NCBI GenBank assembly: GCA_963522905.1
Contig: CAUQYS010000003.1
Span: forward strand, 42,845-106,844
Origin: an uncultured Candidatus Saccharibacteria bacterium
Lineage (GTDB): Bacteria > Patescibacteriota > Saccharimonadia > Saccharimonadales > Saccharimonadaceae
Reading direction: 5' to 3'
Length of the DNA: 64,000 nucleotides
Positions 51,733 through 60,416 of the stretch are shown one piece after another. Each line of letters starts with the position of its first letter. The first letter of the stretch is position 1. The notes below the pieces were generated by a model. The model saw only the letters and a list, made by a program, of their open reading frames with translations, ran no database searches and was not told where the DNA came from. The position numbers and the translations under genes are program-made.

Positions 51733-52308
51733 ATGATTCGTGCAGTAATTTTTGATTGTTTTGGCGTGCTCTATGGTGGGAGTATCGAGGTGCTGATGGC
51801 GCAGTGCCCGCCGGATCGCCGGGCCGAGCTAGAGGATATTAACAAGCAGTCGGACTATGGCTACATCTCACGGCAGGAATTTATTACAGAGGTGGCGCGG
51901 CTCTCGGAGCAGACGCCAGCCCAGATAGCTGCGTTGCTTGAGCAGGTGCATGTGCGCAATAGCGAGCTCATTGCCATGATTCACACGCTGCGCCAGCGCT
52001 ACCCGGCCATCAAGGTGGGGCTGCTGAGCAATGTGGGGAGCGATACGATCGAGCGGCTGTTTGCTCCTGATGAGCTGCGCGAGCTCTTTGATACTGTAGT
52101 GCTCTCGTATGCCGAGCATGTTGCCAAGCCAAGCCGCGAAGCCTTCGAGCTGGCGGCAGATCGGCTTGGCGTGCTGCCTGGCCAGTGTGTGATGATCGAC
52201 GACCGATTGGACAACTGCTCTGGAGCTGAAGCTGCTGGCATGCGTGCCATCCTCCACACAGCCAATCGCCGCACAATGGCTGAGCTTGAGGAGCTGCTGG
52301 GGGAGTGA
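51733..52308 (+). CDS. HAD-superfamily hydrolase
   Basis: Motif I VIFDCFGVL, motif III-like K in HVAKPS, and motif IV MIDDRLDN. Confidence 0.75.
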   Translation: MIRAVIFDCFGVLYGGSIEVLMAQCPPDRRAELEDINKQSDYGYISRQEFITEVARLSEQTPAQIAALLEQVHVRNSELIAMIHTLRQRYPAIKVGLLSNVGSDTIERLFAPDELRELFDTVVLSYAEHVAKPSREAFELAADRLGVLPGQCVMIDDRLDNCSGAEAAGMRAILHTANRRTMAELEELLGE

Positions 52309-52844
52309 TGACATCCGTGTGGCTTGGGCTGATGGCTGGTTGTTTGCTTGTATTGCTTGTCTACACACTATGGATGGTGCCGCCGCAGCTTGGTAAAACG
52401 CTCAGTATGCATATTGAGCAGCGGACAAGGACAGTGATTGCGGGCAAAATCCTCTTGCCACTGACTGGCCTGAGCCTTACGCTGTGGGCTGTGCAGTCGG
52501 CATTGCCACGAGCGGTACAGCTACTCCTTCTTGTCGTGAGCCTTAACTTTTGTGTGATGGGGTTAGTGCCATTTGGCGTGAGCCAGCGGCGCACCCTGGT
52601 TCATAACATTGCAGCCTGGGGCTGTATACCGGTTATAACGATCATTGAGGCGCTTGTCCTGCTGAGCGATACTCATCCGATGGTGCGGGTGGTAACGAGT
52701 GGCGCTCTGGTGTGCCAGGCTATTGTTCTTGGCTGCTACTTCTTTGCCAAGCCGTGGCATCGCTATATTATGCTAGTGGGGCAGGCGATTTATTTTTCGC
52801 TTTTTGTGGCGATCGTCTGGGCGATGGAGTATGCCCATGCCTGA
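52305..52844 (+). CDS. Hypothetical polytopic membrane protein
   Basis: 179 aa with about 5-6 hydrophobic helices. ATGA overlap with the HAD gene stop. Confidence 0.55.
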   Translation: MMTSVWLGLMAGCLLVLLVYTLWMVPPQLGKTLSMHIEQRTRTVIAGKILLPLTGLSLTLWAVQSALPRAVQLLLLVVSLNFCVMGLVPFGVSQRRTLVHNIAAWGCIPVITIIEALVLLSDTHPMVRVVTSGALVCQAIVLGCYFFAKPWHRYIMLVGQAIYFSLFVAIVWAMEYAHA

Positions 52845-53718
52845 GCTCCCTGAAGTTGAGACGATTCGTACGAGCTTAGCTCGCTTGGTGGTGGGGAGGC
52901 AGATTGTGGCAAGCACGGTGTATGACTCACCCAAGAGTTTTCCCAACGACCCTGCGGCGGTGGCGCACTTTCTCCATGGTGCAACGATCACGGCGGTGGA
53001 GCGTCGTGCTAAAGTGCTGCTGATTCGCCTGAGCACCAACTACACGCTGGTGGTGCACCTGAAAATGACGGGCCAGCTGCTCTTTGTTGGAGAGGAGCGC
53101 TGGGGCGGTGGCCACCCAAACGATAGCTTTCTCCACGAACTACCTGACCGCTTAACGCGGGTAGCGCTGACCTTTGCGGATGGCGCGCATTTATACTTTA
53201 ATGACCTGCGCAAATTTGGCTGGATGAAGCTCTACCCTACACCAGAGGTGGCAGAGCTGCCCTTTATGCAAAAAGTTGGGCCCGAGCCGCTTGACCCGCA
53301 TACGACGACGGCGCAGTTCATCGCGCGCATTCGTCGGCGCAATGGCACGACCATGAAGGCGGCTATCCTTGACCAAACGACCATCGCTGGCGTGGGCAAT
53401 ATCTATGCCGATGAATCGCTGTGGATGACGCAGCTCCACCCCGCCACGCGGGTGCGTATGGTGGATGATGAGCAGCTTGCCGCGCTCTTTGCCCATATTC
53501 GGCAGGTGCTGCAGCTCAGTATTGATAAGGGTGGCAGCACCGACCGCAATTATGTCGATGCTGAAGGTAAGAAGGGGAGCTACCTAGCCTTTGCGCAGGT
53601 GTTTCGGCGTGAGGGGCAGCCCTGCCCGCGCCACCCCGACGTAGAGATTATGAAGATTCGCGTGGCAGGCCGCGGGACGCATATTTGCCCAGTGTGCCAG
53701 GTGAAAGTGGGGGAGTAG
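52837..53718 (+). CDS. mutM: Formamidopyrimidine-DNA glycosylase (Fpg/MutM)
   Basis: Trimmed to ATG 52837 (MPELPEVETIRTSL). H2TH region. The C-terminal zinc finger reads CPRH...CPVC, with His in the second ligand position. Confidence 0.9.
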   Translation: MPELPEVETIRTSLARLVVGRQIVASTVYDSPKSFPNDPAAVAHFLHGATITAVERRAKVLLIRLSTNYTLVVHLKMTGQLLFVGEERWGGGHPNDSFLHELPDRLTRVALTFADGAHLYFNDLRKFGWMKLYPTPEVAELPFMQKVGPEPLDPHTTTAQFIARIRRRNGTTMKAAILDQTTIAGVGNIYADESLWMTQLHPATRVRMVDDEQLAALFAHIRQVLQLSIDKGGSTDRNYVDAEGKKGSYLAFAQVFRREGQPCPRHPDVEIMKIRVAGRGTHICPVCQVKVGE

Positions 53719-53721
53719 CCG

Positions 53722-54663
53722 ATGCTTTATCTCATTGTGGGAAAGAATAGCTACGTAGTAGAGCAAGAGCTGACGAAGATCACTCAGCACGCGCCAGTGC
53801 CAGCAGAACACATCGATACTCAGCAGCTTGATGCCGCGGGTTTGGCGGAGTTAGTGCGCGGCGTGTCGCTCTTTGCGGCACAGCGGCTCATTGTGCTGCG
53901 ACGCCTGTCTGAGCGCCCAGACCTCTGGGAGCAGCTTGGCCAGTGGGCCCAGGATATTCCTGACGAGACGACGCTTGTGTTGGTAGAGCCAGGGCTAGAT
54001 AAGCGCACCAAAACGTACAAAGCACTGCACAAAGCCGCGACTATCATCACTGCAGACCCACTGACCGACCGGCAGCGCCCTGCCGCCGAGCGGTGGCTGC
54101 GCCAGCTCGCCAATGAACGCGGCGTGCCGCTGAGCTCAGCGCAGCTGCGCAGTATGGTAGAGCGCGCTCTGGTGCCGGATGAGAAGGGCTATGGTGGGTC
54201 GATCGACCAGCTGCAGCTGGCGCACGCTATCGACGCATTGGCTCAGCTCGACACCATTACCGATGATGCAATTGCCACCGTGTTGCCACCGGCCCGTGAG
54301 TTCTCAGTCTTTGATGTCGTAACCCTGGCGGTAGAGCGCCGAGGCTCAGCTTTGCACGCTGCCTTAGATGAGCTGCGCCTGAGCCACGACCCATACCAAA
54401 CTGCGGCGCTCATCTGGGCGCAGTGGGCTCAGCTGGCGGCAATTGCATGCTATGGCGAGGCAGGGGAGGCAGAGATTGCGCGCGAGCTCTCACTCCACCC
54501 CTACGTCGTCAAAAAAACCAAGCCACTCGCCAGGCAGGTCGCGCCAGCTGATATCCGCACCCTCACCCAGCGCGCTGCTCAGCTTGATGCCGACATGAAG
54601 ACGACGGGCATATCGCCGTGGGATGCGGTGGAGAGTTTTTTGTTTGCGGTGGCGGGGCGGTAG
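53722..54663 (+). CDS. holA: DNA polymerase III delta subunit (HolA-like)
   Basis: 313 aa. N-terminal region LYLIVGKNSYVVEQELTKI...LFAAQRLIVL. Its size and layout match HolA. Assignment is by pattern only. Confidence 0.6.
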   Translation: MLYLIVGKNSYVVEQELTKITQHAPVPAEHIDTQQLDAAGLAELVRGVSLFAAQRLIVLRRLSERPDLWEQLGQWAQDIPDETTLVLVEPGLDKRTKTYKALHKAATIITADPLTDRQRPAAERWLRQLANERGVPLSSAQLRSMVERALVPDEKGYGGSIDQLQLAHAIDALAQLDTITDDAIATVLPPAREFSVFDVVTLAVERRGSALHAALDELRLSHDPYQTAALIWAQWAQLAAIACYGEAGEAEIARELSLHPYVVKKTKPLARQVAPADIRTLTQRAAQLDADMKTTGISPWDAVESFLFAVAGR

Positions 54664-54853
54664 TAGGCGAATATCCTCTCTACTAATTTGAGGTTGGTGT
54701 GTTTGCAATAGATGTATGTTACTTAAAGAGCTTAGCCTCTCATCTCACGAACATTGAATCTGCACTAAACAATAGGACAACAATTGCTGTTTATGAATAG
54801 CTGTGGTAATCTTCTATTGAAGACAGCAACTCTAACGGAAGGAATTGATCCAC

Positions 54854-55264
54854 ATGCGCGCATTTTTCAAACCACTGCTTGTTCTAGTTGACGCAGGACT
54901 CTTATTGTACTGGTTCATGGTAATTACAGACTTGTTTCCCAAAGATCTACGCTTCAGAGACTACAGCAATGAGATAGTGCAAGCATGGAATTGGTCTTTC
55001 TTTCCGCTCGATGTAGCCGCTGCATTGGTCGTGTTTCTAGGCGCGTTCTTGATGAATCGAAAAATTGCAGCAGGCGAGCTTGTGCTTATGTTCGGATTGA
55101 CTTTAACGTTCTGTGCAGGGTTTATGGCGATATCATTCTGGGCCTACTACGGAGACTTTGAGATATTCTGGTGGGGAGCTAACTCGATTCTTATGATCGT
55201 ACCATTACTCGTGTTTGCTAATATGATTTATGAAAAAATGAAACCCACACAGGCCATTAACTAG
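54854..55264 (+). CDS. Hypothetical 4-TM membrane protein (AT-rich gene)
   Basis: ATG 54854 after GGAAGGA (MRAFFKPLLVLVDAGLLLYWF...). The 60-nt line 54901-54960 has 23 G+C. Confidence 0.5.
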   Translation: MRAFFKPLLVLVDAGLLLYWFMVITDLFPKDLRFRDYSNEIVQAWNWSFFPLDVAAALVVFLGAFLMNRKIAAGELVLMFGLTLTFCAGFMAISFWAYYGDFEIFWWGANSILMIVPLLVFANMIYEKMKPTQAIN

Positions 55265-55428
55265 TATCTCGTTCGTATTTTTTAAATCATTTCAAGGAAA
55301 TCGTTATGTGTAGTAACGCTAAAGCATGCTTCATAAGTATGAGGATGAATCAAGCCTAACGTCTTGCCTAGTGAATATATGGTATAATAACGTTATCGCA
55401 AACAGTGGCGCAACCTAAGGAGGTATGT

Positions 55429-55950
55429 ATGGCTACAGTACAGACAACAGTTACCACTCAGACGGTGCACACACAGCAGCATTCGCCAGGGCGGCAGTAT
55501 GGCGTGCGCGCATGTCTGCTCATTGCGAGCCTTGCACTGGCTTGCCAGGCATTTATCAATATCTTTCTTGGCTGGCGTGCGTATACCGTTATTTCTTCGA
55601 GTGGTGGGCAAATACCGAGCCTCGACTCTAATATGACAGTGCCGGCTATCGTGTTTGTCTTTGGTGTTAATCTTGCTGCTCAGGCCATCTATCTTGCCTA
55701 TACAGCAATTCGTTCCCGAGACATCCGAAGCAAAGGAAAGCAGGGGATTGCCATCGTCGCCATCCTCGCGTATCCTGTTGCCGACATGGTGAAGTACTCA
55801 CTCTTCCACCACATTCTCCATACCGGTGTGCCATACAACACATTCCTTGATGGGCCTGTACCGTGGACGTCTGGGATCGTGCTCACCATCGCTGGTTCGC
55901 TCTACTTGTGGTATGTGCTGTTGCGGCCACAAAAGAGCGAGTGCCAGTAG
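55429..55950 (+). CDS. Hypothetical polytopic membrane protein
   Basis: ATG 55429 lies 5 nt after AAGGAGG (MATVQTTVTTQ...). It has 4-5 hydrophobic helices. Confidence 0.55.
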   Translation: MATVQTTVTTQTVHTQQHSPGRQYGVRACLLIASLALACQAFINIFLGWRAYTVISSSGGQIPSLDSNMTVPAIVFVFGVNLAAQAIYLAYTAIRSRDIRSKGKQGIAIVAILAYPVADMVKYSLFHHILHTGVPYNTFLDGPVPWTSGIVLTIAGSLYLWYVLLRPQKSECQ

Positions 55951-56050
55951 CCCCTGTGGTGGCCCGGCTCTTTACAAATCCTGCGCCATGCCTTATAATG
56001 AGCGCTTGATTGTAGTACTAACCCATAATAATAAGCGATAGAGGAAATTA

Positions 56051-56305
56051 ATGCCCATCATCAAATCAGCTGTCAAACGCATGAAGCAAACGGCTACTCG
56101 CCGCCAGCGCAACATTGCCACCAAGCGCGCCATCAAGGCCAGCACCAAGGCCTTCACTGCTGAGCCAAGCGCTGCCGCCCTGAGCCAGGCCCAGAGCGAG
56201 CTCGACAAAGCCGTCAAGAAGGGGTTGCTCAAGAAAAACACCGCCAGCCGCCGCAAAGCATCGCTCGCCAAGGCTGCCAAGGCTGCTGGCGTCAAACTTG
56301 CGTAA
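56051..56305 (+). CDS. rpsT: 30S ribosomal protein S20
   Basis: MPIIKSAVKRMKQTATRRQRNIATKRAIKA... Confidence 0.92.
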   Translation: MPIIKSAVKRMKQTATRRQRNIATKRAIKASTKAFTAEPSAAALSQAQSELDKAVKKGLLKKNTASRRKASLAKAAKAAGVKLA

Positions 56306-56333
56306 CACAGAAGCAGCAAGAGCAGACACCAAA

Positions 56334-56359
56334 ACACCTCGAGAGAGGTGTTTTTCTTT
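56334..56359 (+). terminator. Rho-independent terminator
   Basis: Stem ACACCTC/GAGGTGT with loop GAGA, followed by TTTTCTTT. Confidence 0.85.
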
Positions 56360-56465
56360 GCTATACTTCGCATGTCTACCTCTGTTAATCGCGACTTACC
56401 ATTGACGAAACGAAATTACTTATGGTAGGATAGATGGAGTTTTGGGTAAGGCAAAAGTAGGAGTT

Positions 56466-58010
56466 ATGGACGAGATAAAGGTGCGGCAACAAATCATCGA
56501 CAAACTAGGTGAGAGTAATAATATTTTGGTGGCGGTCAACGCCCACCCTACGGTAGATGAGCTAAGTGCGGCACTGGGGTTGACGCTTTTGCTCAACAAG
56601 CTCGACAAGCACGCCACAGCCGTCTTTAGTGGGGATGTGCCAACGGCAGTGGGCTTTTTGGAGCCAGAGCGTACCTTTGAGAGCACGGTGGATAGTCTGC
56701 GAGATTTCATCATTGCCCTTGATAAGGAAAAGGCCGACCATTTGCGCTACAAGCTCGATGGCGACCTCGTCAAGATTTTCATCACACCATACCGCGCGAC
56801 GATTAGCCAGAGTGATTTGGAATTTAGCCAGGGCGACTACAATGTGCAGTTCGTCGTGACGATCGGTGTGCGCAGCGAGGATGACCTCGACCCAGCGCTC
56901 AAGGGGCATGGCCGTATCCTGCGCGAGTCGCCAGTGGCAGCGCTGCACATTGATGCGCCAGGTACGCTAGGCAATATCGTCTGGACGGATCCTCAGGCCA
57001 GCAGCTATAGTGAGCTGGCGGCAAGCCTCGCTCAGGGCTTTGATAGTACGGATGATGAACAGCCGCTCTTGGACAAGCATATTGCCACGGCCTTTTTGAC
57101 TGGTATTGTAGCGGCCACCGAACGCTTTAGTAACGAAAAGACTACCTCGCGTGTTATGACCCTCGCCGCGCAATTGATGAGTGCTGGCGGTGACCAGCAG
57201 CTGATTGCAGCCAAGCTCGCCGAGGCCAAGCAGCTCGCTGCAGGCCCAATGCCTGCCAAGCCGGCCAGCAAGAAGCCTGCTCAGGCAAATAACAAAGATA
57301 AGTCACTCGTCATCTCGCACAACGCTGAGGCTGGAAAAAAAAAGTTAAGCCAGACCGACGCTGACGAAGCCGAGCTGGCTCAGCAACTGGCCAAGAATAA
57401 TCCACAGCCCGAGCCCGCGCCAGCCCCGCGCCGTTCATCAGGACGCAATAGCAGTGCCGAGCCATGGCGCCAGCCCATCGAGACACCGCTGAGTGAGCCG
57501 AGCCTGGGTGGCACACTCAATGCTACTACCAAGCAAGCGGCCGATGACAAGCGCCGCGAGAGCGAGAATGGCCGAAATAAGACTATCCTCTCGCACAAGG
57601 GTGGGCGTTACCTCGACAGCGATGACACGCCAGGTAGCCAAGCGCCGCTCAATGCCGCCACAGCAGCACTCAATCACGAGCCAACTGTCCCCAATGTGAA
57701 TGACATGCCGCGTGTGCCGATGGCTCACAACGACGACATCCTTCCGCCGCCAACGGGCAAAGAAACCCTGGCCGACCTCGACGCCAAGCACCGTACCGCG
57801 CCAGCTGATGATGCCGAAGGGCCGGCTCTGCCACCGCTGCCACCAATGCCAGATTTCTCTAGCTTGCCACCATTGCCACCAGGTGTGCCACCACTGCCTG
57901 GCTCTGATGCCGATAACCCTATGGCTCAGCTCGATGCTGCGCTTCAGTCTGAGGCTAAGGCCAAGAAAGACCAAGCCAACCCATCGCAATTCCACGTACC
58001 GGAGAAGTAG
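56466..58010 (+). CDS. DHH-family phosphoesterase-like protein with degenerate catalytic motifs and long disordered Pro/Ala-rich tail
   Basis: ATG 56466 (alternative TTG at 56442). The N-terminal layout ILVAVNAHPTVDELSAALGLTLLLNKLDKHATAVF resembles NrnA-type DHH motifs I/II, but the DGD acids are replaced (TVDE). The C-terminal ~250 aa are low complexity. Confidence 0.45.
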   Translation: MDEIKVRQQIIDKLGESNNILVAVNAHPTVDELSAALGLTLLLNKLDKHATAVFSGDVPTAVGFLEPERTFESTVDSLRDFIIALDKEKADHLRYKLDGDLVKIFITPYRATISQSDLEFSQGDYNVQFVVTIGVRSEDDLDPALKGHGRILRESPVAALHIDAPGTLGNIVWTDPQASSYSELAASLAQGFDSTDDEQPLLDKHIATAFLTGIVAATERFSNEKTTSRVMTLAAQLMSAGGDQQLIAAKLAEAKQLAAGPMPAKPASKKPAQANNKDKSLVISHNAEAGKKKLSQTDADEAELAQQLAKNNPQPEPAPAPRRSSGRNSSAEPWRQPIETPLSEPSLGGTLNATTKQAADDKRRESENGRNKTILSHKGGRYLDSDDTPGSQAPLNAATAALNHEPTVPNVNDMPRVPMAHNDDILPPPTGKETLADLDAKHRTAPADDAEGPALPPLPPMPDFSSLPPLPPGVPPLPGSDADNPMAQLDAALQSEAKAKKDQANPSQFHVPEK

Positions 58011-58130
58011 AGGTTGCTGGCTTCTGCTGTTAAATGAGAAATGACACGATAAACCGGCCATGGTTTGGCCGGTTTATGGTAGAGGAAGGGTAAAAACCGT
58101 AAGATCATAAGATTTGTATATGTAGATTTC

Positions 58131-58160
58131 TTGACAGCCCAGAGAGAGAGTTATTATATA
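58131..58160 (+). promoter_or_regulatory. Sigma70-type promoter TTGACA-N18-TATATA, leaderless
   Basis: TTGACA (58131-58136) and TATATA (58155-58160), followed by 7 nt and ATG 58168. Confidence 0.55.
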
Positions 58161-58167
58161 GTCCATT

Positions 58168-58833
58168 ATGGACAGCAGCAAACCCAATCTACTTAAAAAC
58201 TATAACGTTACAGGCGTCCAGCGAGAAGCATACAAGAGGGACGCAGAGCGGCAACGACTCATTGCTCTCTTGGATGTTCTTGATAAACCTGATGCAACAG
58301 AAGAGGTTGATGTACATGCTCGGGGTACTGCTAATATTACTACCGTCAGTGCGAGTCTTAACAGATTGGGTATTTATATTAATCGCAGTGCTCACGCACA
58401 AGCTCGTTTATTTGAACCACACCAAATATATACGACAGAAATGGGAGAAGAAAATATCGACCTTGCGACATCTGTTGTTGCATTTGAGTCGGAGGGCATT
58501 GCGGGTGAGGGCTGCGATGGCGTACTTATACTATTCAAGCTCTCTGGTGAGATGGCAGGAGAGGCGCAAGCGGCATCAACAGCACGCGACCTGAAGTTTG
58601 GCTATAATTGCTCGTATGGTGGTCTTGCAACCAAGGATGGCATAACTTGGTTTAAGTTTGAGGGAGACAAATTTATACTAAGAACCAAACAGCTATCCTA
58701 TGACGATCCATCGCACTACGATGAAATTCTTGAGTTGACCGAAGAGCTTAATACGTTTATGCAGGTGAGACAGGGTGAGCATAATCACCACAAAGGACAA
58801 TCTTTCACACCAGCAGGAAGTATCGAAGCTTAG
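58168..58833 (+). CDS. Hypothetical soluble protein (AT-rich orphan)
   Basis: 221 aa with no TM helix or signal peptide. The 60-nt line 58321-58380 has 24 G+C, versus 34 in 57841-57900. Confidence 0.5.
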   Translation: MDSSKPNLLKNYNVTGVQREAYKRDAERQRLIALLDVLDKPDATEEVDVHARGTANITTVSASLNRLGIYINRSAHAQARLFEPHQIYTTEMGEENIDLATSVVAFESEGIAGEGCDGVLILFKLSGEMAGEAQAASTARDLKFGYNCSYGGLATKDGITWFKFEGDKFILRTKQLSYDDPSHYDEILELTEELNTFMQVRQGEHNHHKGQSFTPAGSIEA

Positions 58834-58845
58834 GTAGTCCAAAAG

Positions 58846-58870
58846 ACCAGCCCTTCGCGGCTGGTTTTTT
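58846..58870 (+). terminator. Rho-independent terminator
   Basis: Stem ACCAGCC/GGCTGGT followed by TTTTTT. Confidence 0.85.
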
Positions 58871-58879
58871 GCTCCGTCA

Positions 58880-58888
58880 TGCTATACT
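58880..58888 (+). promoter_or_regulatory. Extended -10 promoter (TGcTATACT), leaderless truB
   Basis: TGcTATACT is followed by 6 nt (aaccac) and ATG 58895. Confidence 0.6.
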
Positions 58889-58894
58889 AACCAC

Positions 58895-59599
58895 ATGACG
58901 CACCAAACACCTGATTCATCATACGATCGCATTCTCCACATCGACAAGCCAGCTGGTATGACGAGCTTTGGGGTGGTGGCGCGGGTGCGGCGGGTGCTGA
59001 GCCAGCAGGCTGGCAAGAAGGTGAAGGTGGGGCACTGTGGCACGCTCGACCCCTTTGCAACGGGCCTTTTGCTGCTGGTGACGGGCACGGAGTGCCGCAA
59101 TGCCATGCGCTACACCAAGCTCGATAAGACGTACGAAGCGACGATCATCCTGGGCCAAACCAGCACCACAGGCGACCCAGAAGGGGAGATAACGCCGTAT
59201 GTGCCAGAAGATGCCAAGGTGCCCATCGCACCGCCATCACGTCAGCAGCTTGATAAGGTGCTGCAGCACTTCATTGGTGAGATTCGCCAGCGGCCACCGA
59301 TCTTTAGTGCCATTAAGATCAACGGCCAGCGGGCCTACAAGCTCGCGCGCGATGGCAAGGAAGTGGAGCTGCCAGAGCGCACCATTACGATTCACTCGCT
59401 GGAGGTGCTGGAGTATCAGTATCCGCGGCTCGTCATTCGCACGCGGGTGAGCAGTGGTACGTATATCCGCAGCCTGGCGGTAGATATTGGCAGGCAGCTT
59501 GGCACGGGGGCGTACTGCGCGGCGCTGCGGCGCACAGCGATTGCTGATTGGCCAGTAGCAGAGGCGCAGCAGCTGCAGGATTTTGGAATTGTTGATTAG
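58895..59599 (+). CDS. truB: tRNA pseudouridine(55) synthase
   Basis: ILHIDKPAGMTSFGVVARVRR...VGHCGTLDPFATGLLLLVTG, which contains the catalytic Asp motif. Confidence 0.92.
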   Translation: MTHQTPDSSYDRILHIDKPAGMTSFGVVARVRRVLSQQAGKKVKVGHCGTLDPFATGLLLLVTGTECRNAMRYTKLDKTYEATIILGQTSTTGDPEGEITPYVPEDAKVPIAPPSRQQLDKVLQHFIGEIRQRPPIFSAIKINGQRAYKLARDGKEVELPERTITIHSLEVLEYQYPRLVIRTRVSSGTYIRSLAVDIGRQLGTGAYCAALRRTAIADWPVAEAQQLQDFGIVD

Positions 59600-59634
59600 C
59601 CATACACAATAAATAAAGAAGCGAGGAGTAACCG

Positions 59635-60333
59635 ATGAACATCACGCTACACACTGGCACAACCGCCGCAACTATCACGACAGATGGTGCATATATCACC
59701 AGCTTGACCGATGAGCGTGGGGATGTATTCTACCCACTGCAGCCGCTCACTACCCCTGATGGTGAGCGTAAAACGCGTGGTGGCTGTCATGTCTGCCTAC
59801 CCAACTTTGGCCCGGGTGGAGCGAGTGGTCTGGCGCAGCATGGCTTTGGCCGCACCAGCCAGTGGCAGGTGGTGGAGCACACCAGCGACCGAGTGGAGCT
59901 CATACTGAAGGGGAGTGGTGCTTATGCTGGGCTGGAGTCTCGCTTGGTGTATACAGTGGCGGAGCACCAGCTTGCAATGCAGCTCACGCTGGTAAATGTT
60001 GGTGAGGATGAACTGCTCGTGGCGCCAGCCTTCCACCCGTATTTTGCATATGATAGCGCGCTCGTGCTGGATGGCCAGCCATTAGCCGACCTTACGCCGC
60101 TCGCGGAGACGATCTTCGTTGATGGGCCCACGCGCCAGCTTGCCACGGGCCGGCGCACCATTACGCTGCAAAGTGAGGAATTACCTCGCTGGGCGGTCTG
60201 GACAGATGGGCTGGGCTCGTACCTCTGTGTTGAGCCAACGCACAGCGGCAACTCCTTCGCCAATAACCCAGCTCATGCCGCAGCGCTAGTGCCGGGACGG
60301 ACGGCGCGGTATGGCGTGTGGGTGGGGTGGTGA
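59635..60333 (+). CDS. Aldose 1-epimerase-family protein (hexose-6-phosphate mutarotase-like)
   Basis: Contains RGGCHVCLPNFGPGG, HGFGRTSQWQVV and APAFHPYF. It is shorter than typical family members. Confidence 0.6.
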   Translation: MNITLHTGTTAATITTDGAYITSLTDERGDVFYPLQPLTTPDGERKTRGGCHVCLPNFGPGGASGLAQHGFGRTSQWQVVEHTSDRVELILKGSGAYAGLESRLVYTVAEHQLAMQLTLVNVGEDELLVAPAFHPYFAYDSALVLDGQPLADLTPLAETIFVDGPTRQLATGRRTITLQSEELPRWAVWTDGLGSYLCVEPTHSGNSFANNPAHAAALVPGRTARYGVWVGW

Positions 60334-60416
60334 GTCTACTGCGAGAAGCGGTAGAGCTCTGAAATCTTAGTATCCTCAAGTTGACACCACTACCCAACGA
60401 TGGTTATAGTGGAGTT

